Shown here one piece after another: positions 1-12,431 of a stretch of DNA of 64,000 bases. The DNA comes from Anthoceros angustus. Its lineage: Eukaryota; Plantae; Anthocerotophyta. Each line of letters opens with the position of its first letter. Positions within the stretch are counted from its first letter, which is position 1. The notes below the pieces were generated by a model. The model saw nothing but the letters and a program-made list of their open reading frames with translations. It had not been told where the DNA came from and did not search any database. The position numbers and the translations under genes are program-made. The stretch lies in assembly GCA_010909165.1 (NCBI GenBank), contig VJWM01000025.1, forward strand, positions 2,480,001-2,544,000, in the 5' to 3' direction.

Positions 1-1061
1 GCAAAACTTCAGCCCACCAATTTCTCTCCCCTCGTTCCTTATGTGAAGGGGTTGAATTGTTTGCCACACAGGACGCTAAAGTGAAGACCCCAGACGAGGC
101 TGTTGCTGCCAAGTGCTTAGAGTCTGGATTCTCTACCCTCTTCACTAGCCCTTATGGAGCCAGGCGAGACATGCTGGGAAATCGGCCTGGCCTGTTTGAA
201 GCATGAATTTTCTACTTGGGGTCAGGAGGTAACAGGAGTTTGGACCGGCACGGCTCAGCATGACTTGGTGGCCTTCCTCAGGGCTCAAGTTGGCCAACCG
301 GTTACCTGCAAGTGTGCAGGAACTTGCAGGAGGCTTAGTCAGCGTCCAACCAATCCAGGACCATGGTGAAGGTCCTCACACGCGACCCTTGAACACCTTC
401 TGTATTCAGATGGACTGCGATGTGCCTTGTGGTTTGTATGGGGTGCTTGTCACACTACCGCTAGACGCACAACAGAAACGTGAAGCTGTAAAGGGTAGAA
501 GAACAGATAATGCATGGAACCATACAAAAGGCAAAGAAAGGAGGTCCAGAACTCCTGCTCCTGCAGCTTCCTGCCTTATCCACACTCTAAGGCGTGCAAC
601 GTAAAATGAACCTCGTTCGGGCAGCATTTGTGGTCAAAAAACCCCCGCGGCTGTTGTGGCGTCGTGGGTCGTGAAAACGGGCGTTTCCAGCAATCCGTCG
701 GCGCCACGTCCACTCCACTGTAATATCGGCTCAAAGGCGGGTCCTGGCCGGTCCAGGACCGGGAACACCAGCGACAAGCTGAACATAGCCTGCTCACAAC
801 ACGCCTGCGCCTGGCCAAGCATTCCTTGATTCTCATCCATGTGCCCACGTCTCAGGGTAGTAGCAGGTACCAGGAATCCCGCGCCAAATGGAGCTGCGTT
901 TCAATTACACTGTGCCAATCGATCCAGGCGCATTCCGCTGTAGCAGCAGCAGCGGCAACAGCAGATTCTACCCACAACCCACAACCCAACCACGCAGATG
1001 CCTGAACCAGCAGCAGCGGAGCTCCTCGTTTCCCACAATCCTGTGAGGCTTGTCGGGAATA

Positions 1062-4000
1062 ATGGAGTCGGCAGGGACCCGGCATTGGCGTCACGCACCG
1101 TCTGCGGCTCCGCTCGTCTCGTCCTCGCGGGTACCGTTTCTGGCCTGGGTGGGTGGTGTCTGTGTGGTGAATCCTGAATTTGGGCAGCGGTGAATTGAGC
1201 TTGTTGGCGTGCTTTCTCTCAGACGGTGCAACGGCGGAGGTTGCCCTTGCTGGGCCACGGGAAGGTCTGGGAGCAGGCTGCTGGCGGGTTGCAGTGGTCT
1301 CGGAATGGGCTGTCGGACCCTGGCTTATGGCACCACTGTGGCTCTCTCCTCATCTTGGGGATGAAGAGGGCCGAAATTCGGGGGCTAGGAAACGTGAGTC
1401 TGAATGAGCATATGCAGAGAGTACCAGCAGCAGCAAGCTCGTTCGGCTTCGGTGTGGGGTTAAGGAAGAGGAGGCATTTCGTGTCGGATTTCAGGGGGGG
1501 CAGGGGCAGAAGAAACCTGTCCCTGATCATCAAGTCCCATGCTGAAATTGCATCAGGGGTAGAGATTATTAACAGTCTTGGTTTGGATACTTTGACATTC
1601 TTAGCAGCAACGGTATTCTTCGTTCCTGCCTTCAAGGCCATCAAGGCCAGTCCGGTGAGTGGGGTGGTTTGTATGCTGTGGGGAGTGTGAGAAACTCTCT
1701 GTACTGTTCCCACAATTGTAGGACTCCTTATAGTACTTGTCTTCCAGGCCACCTGAAGGTCCGTTCTGGACGTTCCTAATGTTCAGATTCTAGGATTTCT
1801 CTTGTCCGGATTGATACTCAATCAGCTCGGCATGATTCGAAATGTCACGGAGATCAAGGCATTGGCTGAGCTGGGTATTCTTTTTCTTGTAAGTTTCCTG
1901 GCTTGTTGGGAGTACCGAGCATGGCAGTTGCTAACAGGCCCAGGTGGAAAACAGAAATGCTCATCCTTCTGTTTGTGTGCTTCCTGTTGTCATTCAGCTA
2001 TTTGAGATGGGTTTGGAGCTCTCCCTTGCTCGCTTGAAGGCATTGGCAAAGTTTGCCTTTGGCATCGGTCTAGCACAGGTGAGAGTTGGAGTTGTCACCG
2101 GAGTTTGAGTATATCAAGTCGAAGCACAAACAGGCTCAGAAGGCTGGACAAGCGAGTCACTTAGTGTGGTTGGTGGTTATCATGCAGGTTGTTCTGTGCA
2201 CACTGGCATTCACTGCTTTCGAACTTCCACCCGGTGGGGCTATGGGCACGAAGATACTGGAATTCATGTTCCATGCGAAGCCATCCCTGGTACACCTGTG
2301 GTTCAGCAGATCACTCGTTTGTAGTTGACTTCCTCCTCAAGGCTCTGTGCTTGAGTTAATGTAGCAGGTTCTGAGACGTCTAGGTGCAGGTGGACATTCG
2401 TTCTATTGACGAAGCTGTGGTTATAGGAGCGGCTCTCTCCCTCTCTTCTTCTGCCTTTGTGCTGCAGGTACTTATATTGGTCCATGTTGCAGCTGATATT
2501 AACAGCCTGTTGCATTTTAGCTGGGGCAGGTTATTGACTATGCAATGCTTGCCATCAGCTCCTTGCAGAGAAGGGCGAGCTTCCTACTCGCTTTGGGTCT
2601 GCTACACTCGGGATCCTCCTTCTCCAGGTTGGCGTGGCAATATATTAACTGCAGCAAGATTCTTAATGGCCTTGGAGGCGCTTTGTGCTACCATAGACAC
2701 CTTCAAGCGGTTCTCTGTTTTGTGTGCAGGACATCGCAGTTGTGCCCTTGCTTGTGATTCTTCCCATTCTGGAGTCTGGGGTTCAAATGCTAAACCCAAG
2801 ACATCTCCCTTTAAATCCTTCGGCCTCTTATGGCATGTGAAAAATTTGAGACCTTGATGCTTGGTTCTTTTTCGTCCAGAATTTCACCGAGGAGAGCCTT
2901 TGGCCGATGCTAGCCGTCGAGAGCTTGAAAGCACTTGGTGGCCTTGGTGCCCTTTCCTTTGGGGGTCAACTTTTTCTTCGACGCTTGTTTGAGGTTTGTT
3001 CATTTGTTACTTTCTTTTGTAGTGTTCGAAGTTGAAGTGTGGAAGGGTTCACTGACGGATTTTCTGGCCGCTCTCAGATAGTTGCAGATTCGAGGAGCTC
3101 AGAGGCATTTGTAGCCTTATGTTTGCTCACAGTCACCGGCACCTCGCTGATAACACAGATGCTTGGTTTTAGCGACACGGTATGCTTGTCCTTCTTTTTG
3201 TTTTGGTGGGTTGTCGAGTGTTTTACGTGTAATGACATGCCTGTTGCTCTGGTCTCTGCCAGTTAGGTGCGTTTTTGGCTGGTGCTCTCTTAGCAGAAAC
3301 GAATTATCGCACTCAAGTAGAGGCAGACATACGTCCATTCAGAGGACTCCTGCTTGGGCTCTTCTTCGTCACTACAGGCACCTCAATCGACATGCAGGTG
3401 AGACACAAAATGTCTCAAAACGTTACCATCACTGTTGCACAAATGAAGACGCATTGCTTATCACTTTCCTTTGTGGGCATGTCTGGGCACTCAGCTGCTC
3501 CTGCGTGAGTGGCCCAATATTCTGGCTCTTCTCGTAGGTCTGATTACCATCAAGACAAGCATAATCATAGCCATTGGTCCACGAGTAGGGCTAACCTTAG
3601 CAGAGAGTGTGCGACTGGGACTACTTCTTTCCCAGGGTGGAGAATTCGCGTTCGTCGTCTTCTCTCTTGCCAATCGGTGAGTGGCTGCTTCAGTGGCTGC
3701 ATTTGAAAGGAAGAAGTGCAGCTAAATCGACCATCATTCTTGTCTTGCAGTGCAACTGACGTGGTCTCTTTCTGCTGTTGCGTGACAGACTTGGTGTGCT
3801 GCCCTTGGAACTGAACCGCCTGCTTATCATCGTTGTGGTGCTGTCCATGGCTCTGACACCATTCTTGAATGAGCTGGGGCGAAAGGCTGCAGAAATGATA
3901 GAGTCAGGGTCTTACGGCGGGGACGAATTCGTGAGTTCCTTACGAACTTGCTCATTCCAAGGACAGAACTAAAGCTTGCTGCGTCATATTCCCGCTCTAT

Positions 4001-5898
4001 GGCCCACTGCTTCGAAGCTCACCTCATGGGTGCATCCTTGCAGGTCGAAGCCACAGGAGTTCGAGACCTCGAATGCAACAGTCCGGTCGTAATATTAGGA
4101 TTCGGGCAAATGGGACAGGTGAGTGTGCCAAGAACAAAGCATCCACTCCCACAATGCATCCCGTCCAGAACAGTACACTTCAGCTTCAAGTCGATGATGA
4201 TGATTCTTCTTCCTTTGTCGACATTAATGCCCATCCTTGCCATGCTTGCAGGTGCTGGCCAACTTTTTGTCAGCCCCACTAGCCACAGGCCACGGTGGAG
4301 ATGCAGCTGGCTGGCCCTATGTTGCTTTTGATCTCGACCCCGGGAGAGTGAAGGTGAAGCTGCAGGCTGCAACCCAATGCCGAGACGTACCTCCGTCCCT
4401 TAACACATGCTTCCTTGATGATGAACGTTGTGCAGGCTGCTCGAAAACTGGGGTTCCCCGTACTGTATGGAGACGGAGCCAGGCCCGCGGTTCTGGAAAC
4501 CGTCGGCATCTCCATGCCTAAAGCGGTTATGGTGATGTACACGGGAAGACAGAAAGCAGTGAGGGCAGTCGAAAGGCTTCGTCTCGCATTCCCCGGGGTA
4601 CACAAAAACGAGCGACCCAGAATATCACCATCTCTTGCTGTCGCAGTTGCATCTGAACAAGAGACGCTGTTCAATCCGGACATCTGATCACAGCCCCGTG
4701 TTTGTTCATGAAGGTACCCATATACGCAAGGGCCCAGGACCTAGGCCATCTCCTGGAGTTGAAGGCAGCTGGCGCGACTGACGCCATTCTTGAAAACGCA
4801 GAGGTGTGTACGTTGTTCAAGCGCTGGCATTGGCAACGACAGGCAGATGAGAATCAGTTTGATGTGACGAGGGCTGTGCTGTTGCAGACTAGCCTAGAGC
4901 TGGGATCGGTACTGCTGCGGGGCCTGGGAGTGCTGTCGGACGATGTGGTGTTCCTGAGACGTCTCATGCGCGAATCCATGGAGTTGCGTGCACAGGAAGC
5001 CTTGGAGAAGAAGGACGCTCAGGACGGCTCTTGGTTAGGGCCGTTTCAGGTAATACGACATGAACATGCTTCCATCCTTCCTCGATCCCGTCCTCTTCCT
5101 TGCACACATCCCCTCTCTATGCTAGGGTTTCTCACGACTCGAGACGTTGTCGTCTTCCTCACCTCTGCTTTCTCGCAGGCGAAATTGAAACAGGCATGGC
5201 GTCCGAGGAACAAGGCCGCGGCGTCCCATGAGGACGAGGCCTCCTCGCCCGCCGTTTCCGCCTCCACCAACAGCAAGCCGACAGTGTGGAGCGCAGGCAA
5301 CGCGCAAGCTGGCAGTGGCGCCAGTCAACTCCTCTCGGCCAACGGCGCCCGGCCAGATGTCCAGAGCGCGGTGCTGGAGCCTGGCAACGGCAGCTTCTTA
5401 GACGATGGCGAGCCGGGTGGCAGCATCTTGTCCGCGTCCGTTGCCGTGGTGGCTCCGACCGGGCTCATCCTGGAGAAGCAACCTGGATCTGGATCTGGAT
5501 CTGGAACCGGATCCGCTTCCCAGGAGCAACAGCAAGAGCAGCAGCAGCAGCCGCAGCAGCAACCACAACAGCAAGAACAACAGCAGGCTCGCACCGCGGC
5601 TGGCTATGGCGTCCTCCCGGATGCCCTGACTGTGACACTGAGCAGCGAGCCGGCCGGCGCAGCGGCGGAATCGAGCGCGTCGCAGCAGACGAGCCTGGCC
5701 AGCTCCAGGCTGAAGTGGCGCAAGGTGAGGCGGTTCGCGGGGGAGGAAGACGGAGGCGTGACTGTGTGCTCCCTGGAGCCCCCCTCGGAGGAGCTTGTGT
5801 CGGAAGGGGAGGACAGTGATGATGCGGAGGACGAGCTGGACGAGAGCCTGCCGTGCATCGAGCTGGAGATGAGGGGATTGAAGGACAGAGATTGCTGA
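1062..5898 (+). CDS. KEA3: K+ efflux antiporter, KEA3-type (CPA2 domain + KTN/RCK domain), multi-exon
   Basis: Spliced exons give [115 protein letters not shown] and [12 protein letters not shown] 1062 is inferred from a phase-0 GT-AG join to 1223. Stop TGA at 5896-5898. Confidence 0.92.
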
Positions 5899-6079
5899 CG
5901 GGAGAGAGAGGTTGATGAGGGACTTTGATTCTCTTCCCCCCAGATCTGTAATTGTACCATAGCCGCAGCAACAGCAACTTTGTACAACAAGCAAGAACAG
6001 GTGTTTGTGTCTGTGTGACTGATGAGTTGGGACGCGCTCGTTTTGGATGGAGGAGACGAGGGGACGGGTTGAAGGCCTA

Positions 6080-6119
6080 GGTGGGTGACCGGACGACCCG
6101 GGTCGTCCGGTCACTCACC
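6080..6119. repeat. 40-bp near-perfect palindrome with a 30-bp perfect core (6085-6114)
   Basis: GTGACCGGACGACCC|GGGTCGTCCGGTCAC is its own reverse complement; the flanks GGTGG / TCACC pair with one mismatch. Confidence 0.9.
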
Positions 6120-6208
6120 GGTATCCGGTGGCGGGGGCGTTTAATTAAGCGGCAAGTGGGGACAGGGGCTGTACGTGTAGCGAGCGCAGTGGCAGTAAAG
6201 GGACGCAA

Positions 6209-6284
6209 CGTTCAAATGGGCTGATTAACCGGAGACGATGGTTGTCCGTTCAAACGGCCTGATTAAGCGGAGACGATGCTTGTC
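6209..6284. repeat. 38-bp direct repeat x2
   Basis: cgttcaaatgggctgattaaccggagacgatggttgtc followed by cgttcaaacggcctgattaagcggagacgatgcttgtc. Confidence 0.85.
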
Positions 6285-6758
6285 CCGGGCCTCGGAGTGG
6301 CTGCCAGTGTGCAGTTGACGTTGAGGAGGGCAGAATTAAAGTAGTGTTGTTGCTGAGGTGCGCAGAGCGCCTGGCCGCATTCTGGAGCCCGCCTGCCAGA
6401 TTTGGCGTTGGGAAGGCGAGGCGGAAGCGGGTGAGAGCCGGTGGCGAGAGATCAGGGGACGTTGGGGGTTGCAGTGTCCGGATTTTGCCCATTGCCATCG
6501 CCAGCCTCCAATGATGACAGCAGAAGCGGAAGCGCGGCGCAGGAAGGGGAGCTGGTTGGATTGCGGTGGCAGAAGCGAGCTGGGCGGAATTCCAGCTGCT
6601 GCAGCTCTGACACAAGGGCCGATGTGATCGCTGCTGGTGATGGAGCTGTTGCTGGATCCCATGGCTGCTGACGAATCGGACCTCGGTTGAGAGAGGCTGC
6701 CAGTCCCTGCCGCTGCTGCTCTTATTGCCCCGCCTGCTGCCGCTGCTCCCAGCAGGCG

Positions 6759-8648
6759 ATGGCGGGTTACCGAGTCCGGTTCTACGACGACGACGATGAT
6801 GATGACCTGCCTCCCCCCCTGGAGGACGACGAGGACGAGGATCCTTACATTGATGGAGTGCCGCCGCCTGATTTCCGGCCGTTGGGTTCTGCTCCTCTAG
6901 CTCCCGCAGCTCCCACACCTACTCCCTCTCCTTCCCCAGCTCCTGCTCCTCCCCCTCCTCCTGATCCTGCTCCTCCTCCGCCTCCTCCCATCGTGGTTGC
7001 TCCACCTCCTCCTCCTCCCCTTGCGGTGGCTCCTCCTCCGATTGTTTTCGCTGCTCCCCCTCCGATTGTGTTTGCTGCCCCCCCTCCTCCTCCTCCCGTT
7101 GCCGTGGCGCCGGAAGCAGTGGTTGTGGAGATGCCTCCCCCTCCTCCCCCGGCGCCGCCGATGGCGCCCCTGGAGGTGCCCGCTGCACCTCAACCGGCCT
7201 ACTTCCAATCTGCAGCTCCAGGGCTGCCGCCGGGGTACGCCCCCCCGGCCACCTTTGTTCCAGTGGATGCTGCGGAGGAGTTGATGAAGGCGGGGGAGAT
7301 GGAGGCAGGGCTGGGGGCCGAGGGGTCGCAGAGTCCCGGGGCTTTGCGGGATTTTCAGGTGGTGAGCGGGTGGAGGGATTTGTGGGCGGCAATCCTGTTC
7401 ATGCTTCACGTGGCGGCGGTGGCGGGGATGGCCATTATCTTCGGGCTTCGGGCCTTGGGGAAGAGCAGCAACAGGCTGGGGGGGCTGGCGAGGGGAGCCC
7501 ACAGGTATGACATTCTGGAGTGGGTGCCACAGCTGGGCGCGGCGGGGGCGGTGGGGCTGGCGTTCGCGCTGGTGTGGCAAACCCTGTTCCGCGTCTTTAT
7601 GGAGGACATGGTGGTGTGGGCAATGTGGTTCGGGGTGTTCGCCATGTTCTGCCTGGGGATCGTGCTCATCTCCACGGGCACGGCCATCGGGACCGTGGGG
7701 CTCATCTTCATCCTGTCCGCGGTGCTGCAGGCGCTCTACACCTACCGCGAGCGGCCCCGCAAGGAGTTCACCAACGACATGCTGGCCAAGCTGCTAGACA
7801 TCAAGGCGCGCTACCGCTTCTCCATCTTCCTCGTTAGCTACTGCGGGCTGCTGGTGGCGGCGGCGTGGCAGGCGGTATTCATCTTCGGCGTGGCGGGCGC
7901 CATTTCCCAGAGCTACGCCGGCTACTTCGTGCTCATCTTCATCGTCAGCCTGGCATGGACCATGGAAGTCATCAAGAATGTGCTGAACGTGACGGTGTCG
8001 GGCGTGGTGGCCATCTACTACTTCCAGGAGAAATGCATGCCGCGGGGGCCGGCCCGGCACGCGCTGCTGCGGGCCTGCTCCACCTCCTTCGGCAGCGTGT
8101 GTTTAGGATCCATTTTTGTGGCGCCCATCGAAGCCCTGCGCATCCTGGTGCGCGCCGTGAGCAGCGCGCAGGGCGGGAGCGAGTTCCCCTTCGCCTGCTG
8201 CTCCTGCCTGGACGCCGCGCTGCAGTGGCTCTCCAGGTACTTCAACAAGTGGGCCTTCGTGCACGTGGCCATCTACGGCAAGAGCTTCGTCTGGGCTGCG
8301 CGCAGCACTTGGGACATGGTGAAGCAACAGGGGGTGCAGCCGCTGCTGGAGGACGATCTTACCAACAATGTCTTCTTTGTGGGCTCATTCGCCGGGGGCT
8401 CCCTGTCCGCTATAGTGGGCGCTGGCTGGGAGTGGGCCACGCACAAGAACTTCACCGTCTCCGTGGCCGTCATCTCGTTTTTCTTGGGCTACTTCTTCAC
8501 GTACATTTCCGTGGTGGTGTACCAAAGCGGCATGGCTGCCATTTATGTGTGCTACGCCGAGGACCCCGAGACTTTGCGACGACACGACCAAGGCACGTTC
8601 GGCCGGATGCAGGAGCGCCTCAATCACCTCAAGCCTCAACTGTCCTGA
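6759..8648 (+). CDS. Choline transporter-like (CTL/PNS1 family) membrane protein with Pro-rich N-terminus, intronless
   Basis: Single ORF; first ATG at 6759. Motifs WRDLWAAILF, WTMEVIKNVLNVTVSG, TSFGSVCLGS, YFNKWAFVHVAIYGKSF and YVCYAEDP; about 10 hydrophobic segments. Confidence 0.9.
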   Translation: MAGYRVRFYDDDDDDDLPPPLEDDEDEDPYIDGVPPPDFRPLGSAPLAPAAPTPTPSPSPAPAPPPPPDPAPPPPPPIVVAPPPPPPLAVAPPPIVFAAPPPIVFAAPPPPPPVAVAPEAVVVEMPPPPPPAPPMAPLEVPAAPQPAYFQSAAPGLPPGYAPPATFVPVDAAEELMKAGEMEAGLGAEGSQSPGALRDFQVVSGWRDLWAAILFMLHVAAVAGMAIIFGLRALGKSSNRLGGLARGAHRYDILEWVPQLGAAGAVGLAFALVWQTLFRVFMEDMVVWAMWFGVFAMFCLGIVLISTGTAIGTVGLIFILSAVLQALYTYRERPRKEFTNDMLAKLLDIKARYRFSIFLVSYCGLLVAAAWQAVFIFGVAGAISQSYAGYFVLIFIVSLAWTMEVIKNVLNVTVSGVVAIYYFQEKCMPRGPARHALLRACSTSFGSVCLGSIFVAPIEALRILVRAVSSAQGGSEFPFACCSCLDAALQWLSRYFNKWAFVHVAIYGKSFVWAARSTWDMVKQQGVQPLLEDDLTNNVFFVGSFAGGSLSAIVGAGWEWATHKNFTVSVAVISFFLGYFFTYISVVVYQSGMAAIYVCYAEDPETLRRHDQGTFGRMQERLNHLKPQLS

Positions 8649-9657
8649 GCTGAGCTTTAGGTGCGCGTTGCGTGCCCTTTCTTCAATTTTGTAGGCCAGG
8701 CACCCACGGAGTGTTTAGTAGCGGCACCATCACCATTATCACCACCGCACCATGGTCATCATGGTCAGCGTCCCGGACTCTGATGCCTGGTGATTCCAGC
8801 CCATTCCGTGCCGCCAGCTTCACCATGCATCAGATCCTTTCCCTGCTCCGTCTCCTCACTTTGGCAGTCTGTAACATTTTGTTCCCAGTTTTCCTGCACA
8901 TCGCCAATTGCCACCATTGGCCGGCCACCTCCCAAAGTTGTACAGATCTCCACGCCATTGTGGATTTCGTCTCCTAATTTATTCGCCACAGCTTGCGGCT
9001 TCCTCTGTACAATCCTCCTTTGTCCGGCTAAGCTAGGTGCTACTTGTATGCCATGGCTGTGGCACACCAGGTGTAGCAGTTCTTCTTTGAAATGCTTACG
9101 TCTCAAAACCAGAAGGTTGGATAGACAAGGAAAGAAAGATGGTCACGCTTGAAGTAGAGGGAGCTGATTGATTATAAAATAGACTTACGTTCCCAACGCA
9201 ACATAACATTCTGCGTCCACATCCTCTAGATATGTGTAGCCGTTAGGATACAGGACAAACATGGGAGTTGTGAGAATGGGAACGAGTGGCACGAGAAGGG
9301 ACAACACAGCTTAGAGAATGCTGCACACAGGAGACGACACACGCCTAGTGGCCATGAATGATTCGACACCTGGGAATGCAATGGATTGCTCGAACCGCTG
9401 GAGGAGCAGGTGGCTTTCTACCTCTGCTTGCTTGTCCTTTTGCTTCACTCCCCGTGGCCCGTGTCACATGACTGCGGCCGGAGAGCCCTACCCGGACTAG
9501 TATCTGCAGACTCTCCGATCTCATGTCCTTGAGCAAGGATTCAGCCCGCCTTTACACGGGTGCAATAATTATTTGTACTGCTTCCACCCTGGAAAAATGG
9601 ACTAACGACGATTCAAACAACGACCACCACAGCAACCCCTGATGAGAGTGGCCGGCT

Positions 9658-10937
9658 TCAACGATCTTTCAGTATCGTCGATAGCACCAGTTCCTGGACA
9701 AACCTCGCTCGAGTGTCTGCTTGTTTCCATCTCTGCTGCCTTTCCTCCAGTGTCAAGGAGGCTTCGAAACTGCATAAACCCGCCGACCGTTTCTCACTAT
9801 TCAGGATGCAGGGACAAAATCTCAAACGGCACACCCTTCCAGGCAAGAGGGACAAAGGATCTCATGACGACAGCTTAGCGAACGCACCTGGGCTTTTGCT
9901 GATGCCCTGACAGCGAATGTTTTCCCGCGATGTCATCGTTGGACGCACTCGGTTTGGAGCTCTCCTCCGTTTCAGGAATAGGGAGACTGTATACAAGGGT
10001 TGATAACAAGGGGTCTGCCGTAGTGGGGTTTATTGAGCCTGCACGTGAAGGGCCTCCTCCCAACAGCGCCTGCAAATGGGCTTCCCTCAACTCCTTACCA
10101 AGCAGAGAAAGGGTCGCGTTAGATGGAGCTCCTGCCCTCCTAAATCTTCTCCTCCGTTGCATGTGCTGGTACCATTGTCAAGAAAAGTTTCCCGCTTTCA
10201 AGCGTGGAGTGATGATCAAAGAACCACACCACAAACAAGCTGGATGGCACCACTTTCCAAGCATGCATGTACACAAAACACCCAACAACCGGTAGACTCC
10301 TGCAAGGATATCTTAAACAGATGGGCGTGTTGTAGAGTAATGTGCCCAACCATATCCTTGGTAACCTTTGCCACACAAACGGGACATATCTGGACGGACA
10401 AAGCAGAGACGAGAAAGAAAATTAGAAAGCCTGAAAGACGGAAAACTTTTAGATAGTTTCAAACCTTTTTTTCCCTCAAGCGTTTCTCACTTCCTCACGA
10501 GAATGTAGATCCTGGACCTTCGTCCAGGTCACAATGACTTTACCACAACTCTGGTCTCAAAGCAATGCTCATCCTCAAGGTGGGAACATAGAGATGTGAT
10601 GTCAAAATCTTCATAACAATAGGGGCAGGAAAAGTCAGGCCGCATGTCGTTGTCAGCTTCCACATCATCAATGCTAATAGGACGACCTGCACACCCACAA
10701 GACACGCAAAATCCGTGAACCACCAGAAATCCAGGAGTCGAAATTTGTTCATCAAACCTAAAACATCACAGGTCCCGGCTTTTTACCACCCGTGTATGAG
10801 TCAACATAGGCACTGCCAGCTTTCTGAGATGCTGCTTGTCCACTGTTTTGTAGGATCCACTCCACAAAAGGTCGCATGTGAGTGGAAGATAACCGCTCAC
10901 TCCGAAGCAACCTGTCCCCTACATCGCTAGAACCTCC
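9658..10937 (-). CDS. Di19: Drought-induced 19 (Di19) family zinc-finger protein, multi-exon; 5' end not resolved
   Basis: Exons encode RPDFSCPYCYEDFDITSLCSHLEDEH, CPVCVAKVTKDMVGHITLQH, LSLLGKELREAHLQALLGG, DPLLSTLV and the C-terminal RARFVQELVLSTI. Stop at 9658-9660. Confidence 0.88.
10163..10311 (-). other. U12-type AT-AC intron in Di19
   Basis: Minus strand reads TTTAAG|ATATCCTT ... TTCTTGAC (branch) ... CAC|ATGCAA; splicing joins HLFK to MQRRRR in frame. Confidence 0.9.
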
Positions 10938-12431
10938 TGCACAGCGGTAACCACGGGGCACAAAAACATCACAACTAGGTTTTCCAGTGACTCCACCATT
11001 CTTCTCACATAGCAATCTGAACTACGAAGCTGAAGTGGTGCCTCATCAGGTCGACAACAACCCGGCCGGCATGGGAGTTCTGAAACCGACTCATTGCAGC
11101 GTGTTGACGAGGCTGTCCCGTTGACTCAGACTCCTTTTCATGCAAAAAGCTAAGTGAGAACAACATCCACATGTACTTTGCTCCTCCAATCAATGAAAAA
11201 ACCTAAACTGGCATCACCGACACACAATTAACTAACACTACAAAACACAGATGTCTCACCATCCCGAGAACTCAGATTCAAGACACACCCCCTCCCACGC
11301 AGGTCCGACGTCTCATCCACCACTCCTCCACTCTGCATGCCACCACGTCTCAAAAACCGGCCATAGAAAAATACAAGCCCCGATCAAACCAGGCCAAGCT
11401 CCAGCATCCTGAACGATCCCTACCGGATTCTTACAATCCCGCTTTCTACACACAATCCCTGCGTCCTCACAGAGAAGATGACCAAACACGATGGCCAAAT
11501 CAGCTGTGGCAGAAACTCCTCGCGCTGTCTCATTTGCTAGCAACAAATCCAAGATCGATCGCATTTGCGTCTAATGCCCAATCTTGGCGCACTCGATCAG
11601 CAACCTTTCCGGCATTTGCATGCACCTCCAGAAGGCACAAAACCTGCCCTTTCCTTTCCTTCCCTTTCCTGTCCTTCCCTTCCCCTGCCTTGCTGTCAAA
11701 TTGCAATCCTCTCCCAGATCCTACCACACCAATGCAAATCCCGTCCGCCGCATTCACAAGGCGGTCCACGTGCAACGTTCCTGCATGCCGGATTCTGGCG
11801 CCATTCTGCTGGCTAGGAAACGGACCCGCGTTAGGGTTTCGTCTCGTGCCAACGATCGTTCATTTTATGCATGACGAGATGCGCACGCGTACGGTCTCGG
11901 TGGACATATGTCCAGTAATACAGTATCTATCTATGCACCTATATATGTATGCATATATATTACATGCGTATGTAAACACGGCGATCGGCGCAATGGAAGC
12001 ACGCCAGGTGGCACGACCCGTGTTCCGCACCGACAAACGGCCGCAACTTACGATGGCCCGGACACGACACCGGACATAGCGCAAGAACAGCCGAAGCAGC
12101 CTTTGCTGGGCTGGAGGCCGGACGACGCACTGCCCACTCCCGGCGATGAAGGGGACAAGAAGCTTCCGCGCAGCACAGCTCAGCGCCAGCCGCCAGCCTC
12201 CCTGTGAGCGTCTTGCCAACGGGCGTCGCAAATCGGAGCGGAGTTGATGAAATTGTGTGTCGGAAGATCGCTGGGTTGCGGGAGAAGAAGAGCTTCATGA
12301 TTTTGGGTTCGGGAAGAAGAAGCAGGAAATTTGAATTGAGGCAATATCTTGCAGATTTGGGTTTGTGGGTTGTGGAATGCGGCATCGGATTGCAGAATTG
12401 GGTCGTCAGCGGGTAAAGCAGCTGGAAGGGA

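Noticed and set aside
1-1050. Short ORFs upstream of KEA3
   Set aside because: No recognisable protein or coherent splice model within the window.
6897-8653. Long overlapping and antisense ORFs within the CTL gene (also in KEA3, FUT and ABCG)
   Set aside because: These are expected shadow ORFs of GC-rich coding sequence.
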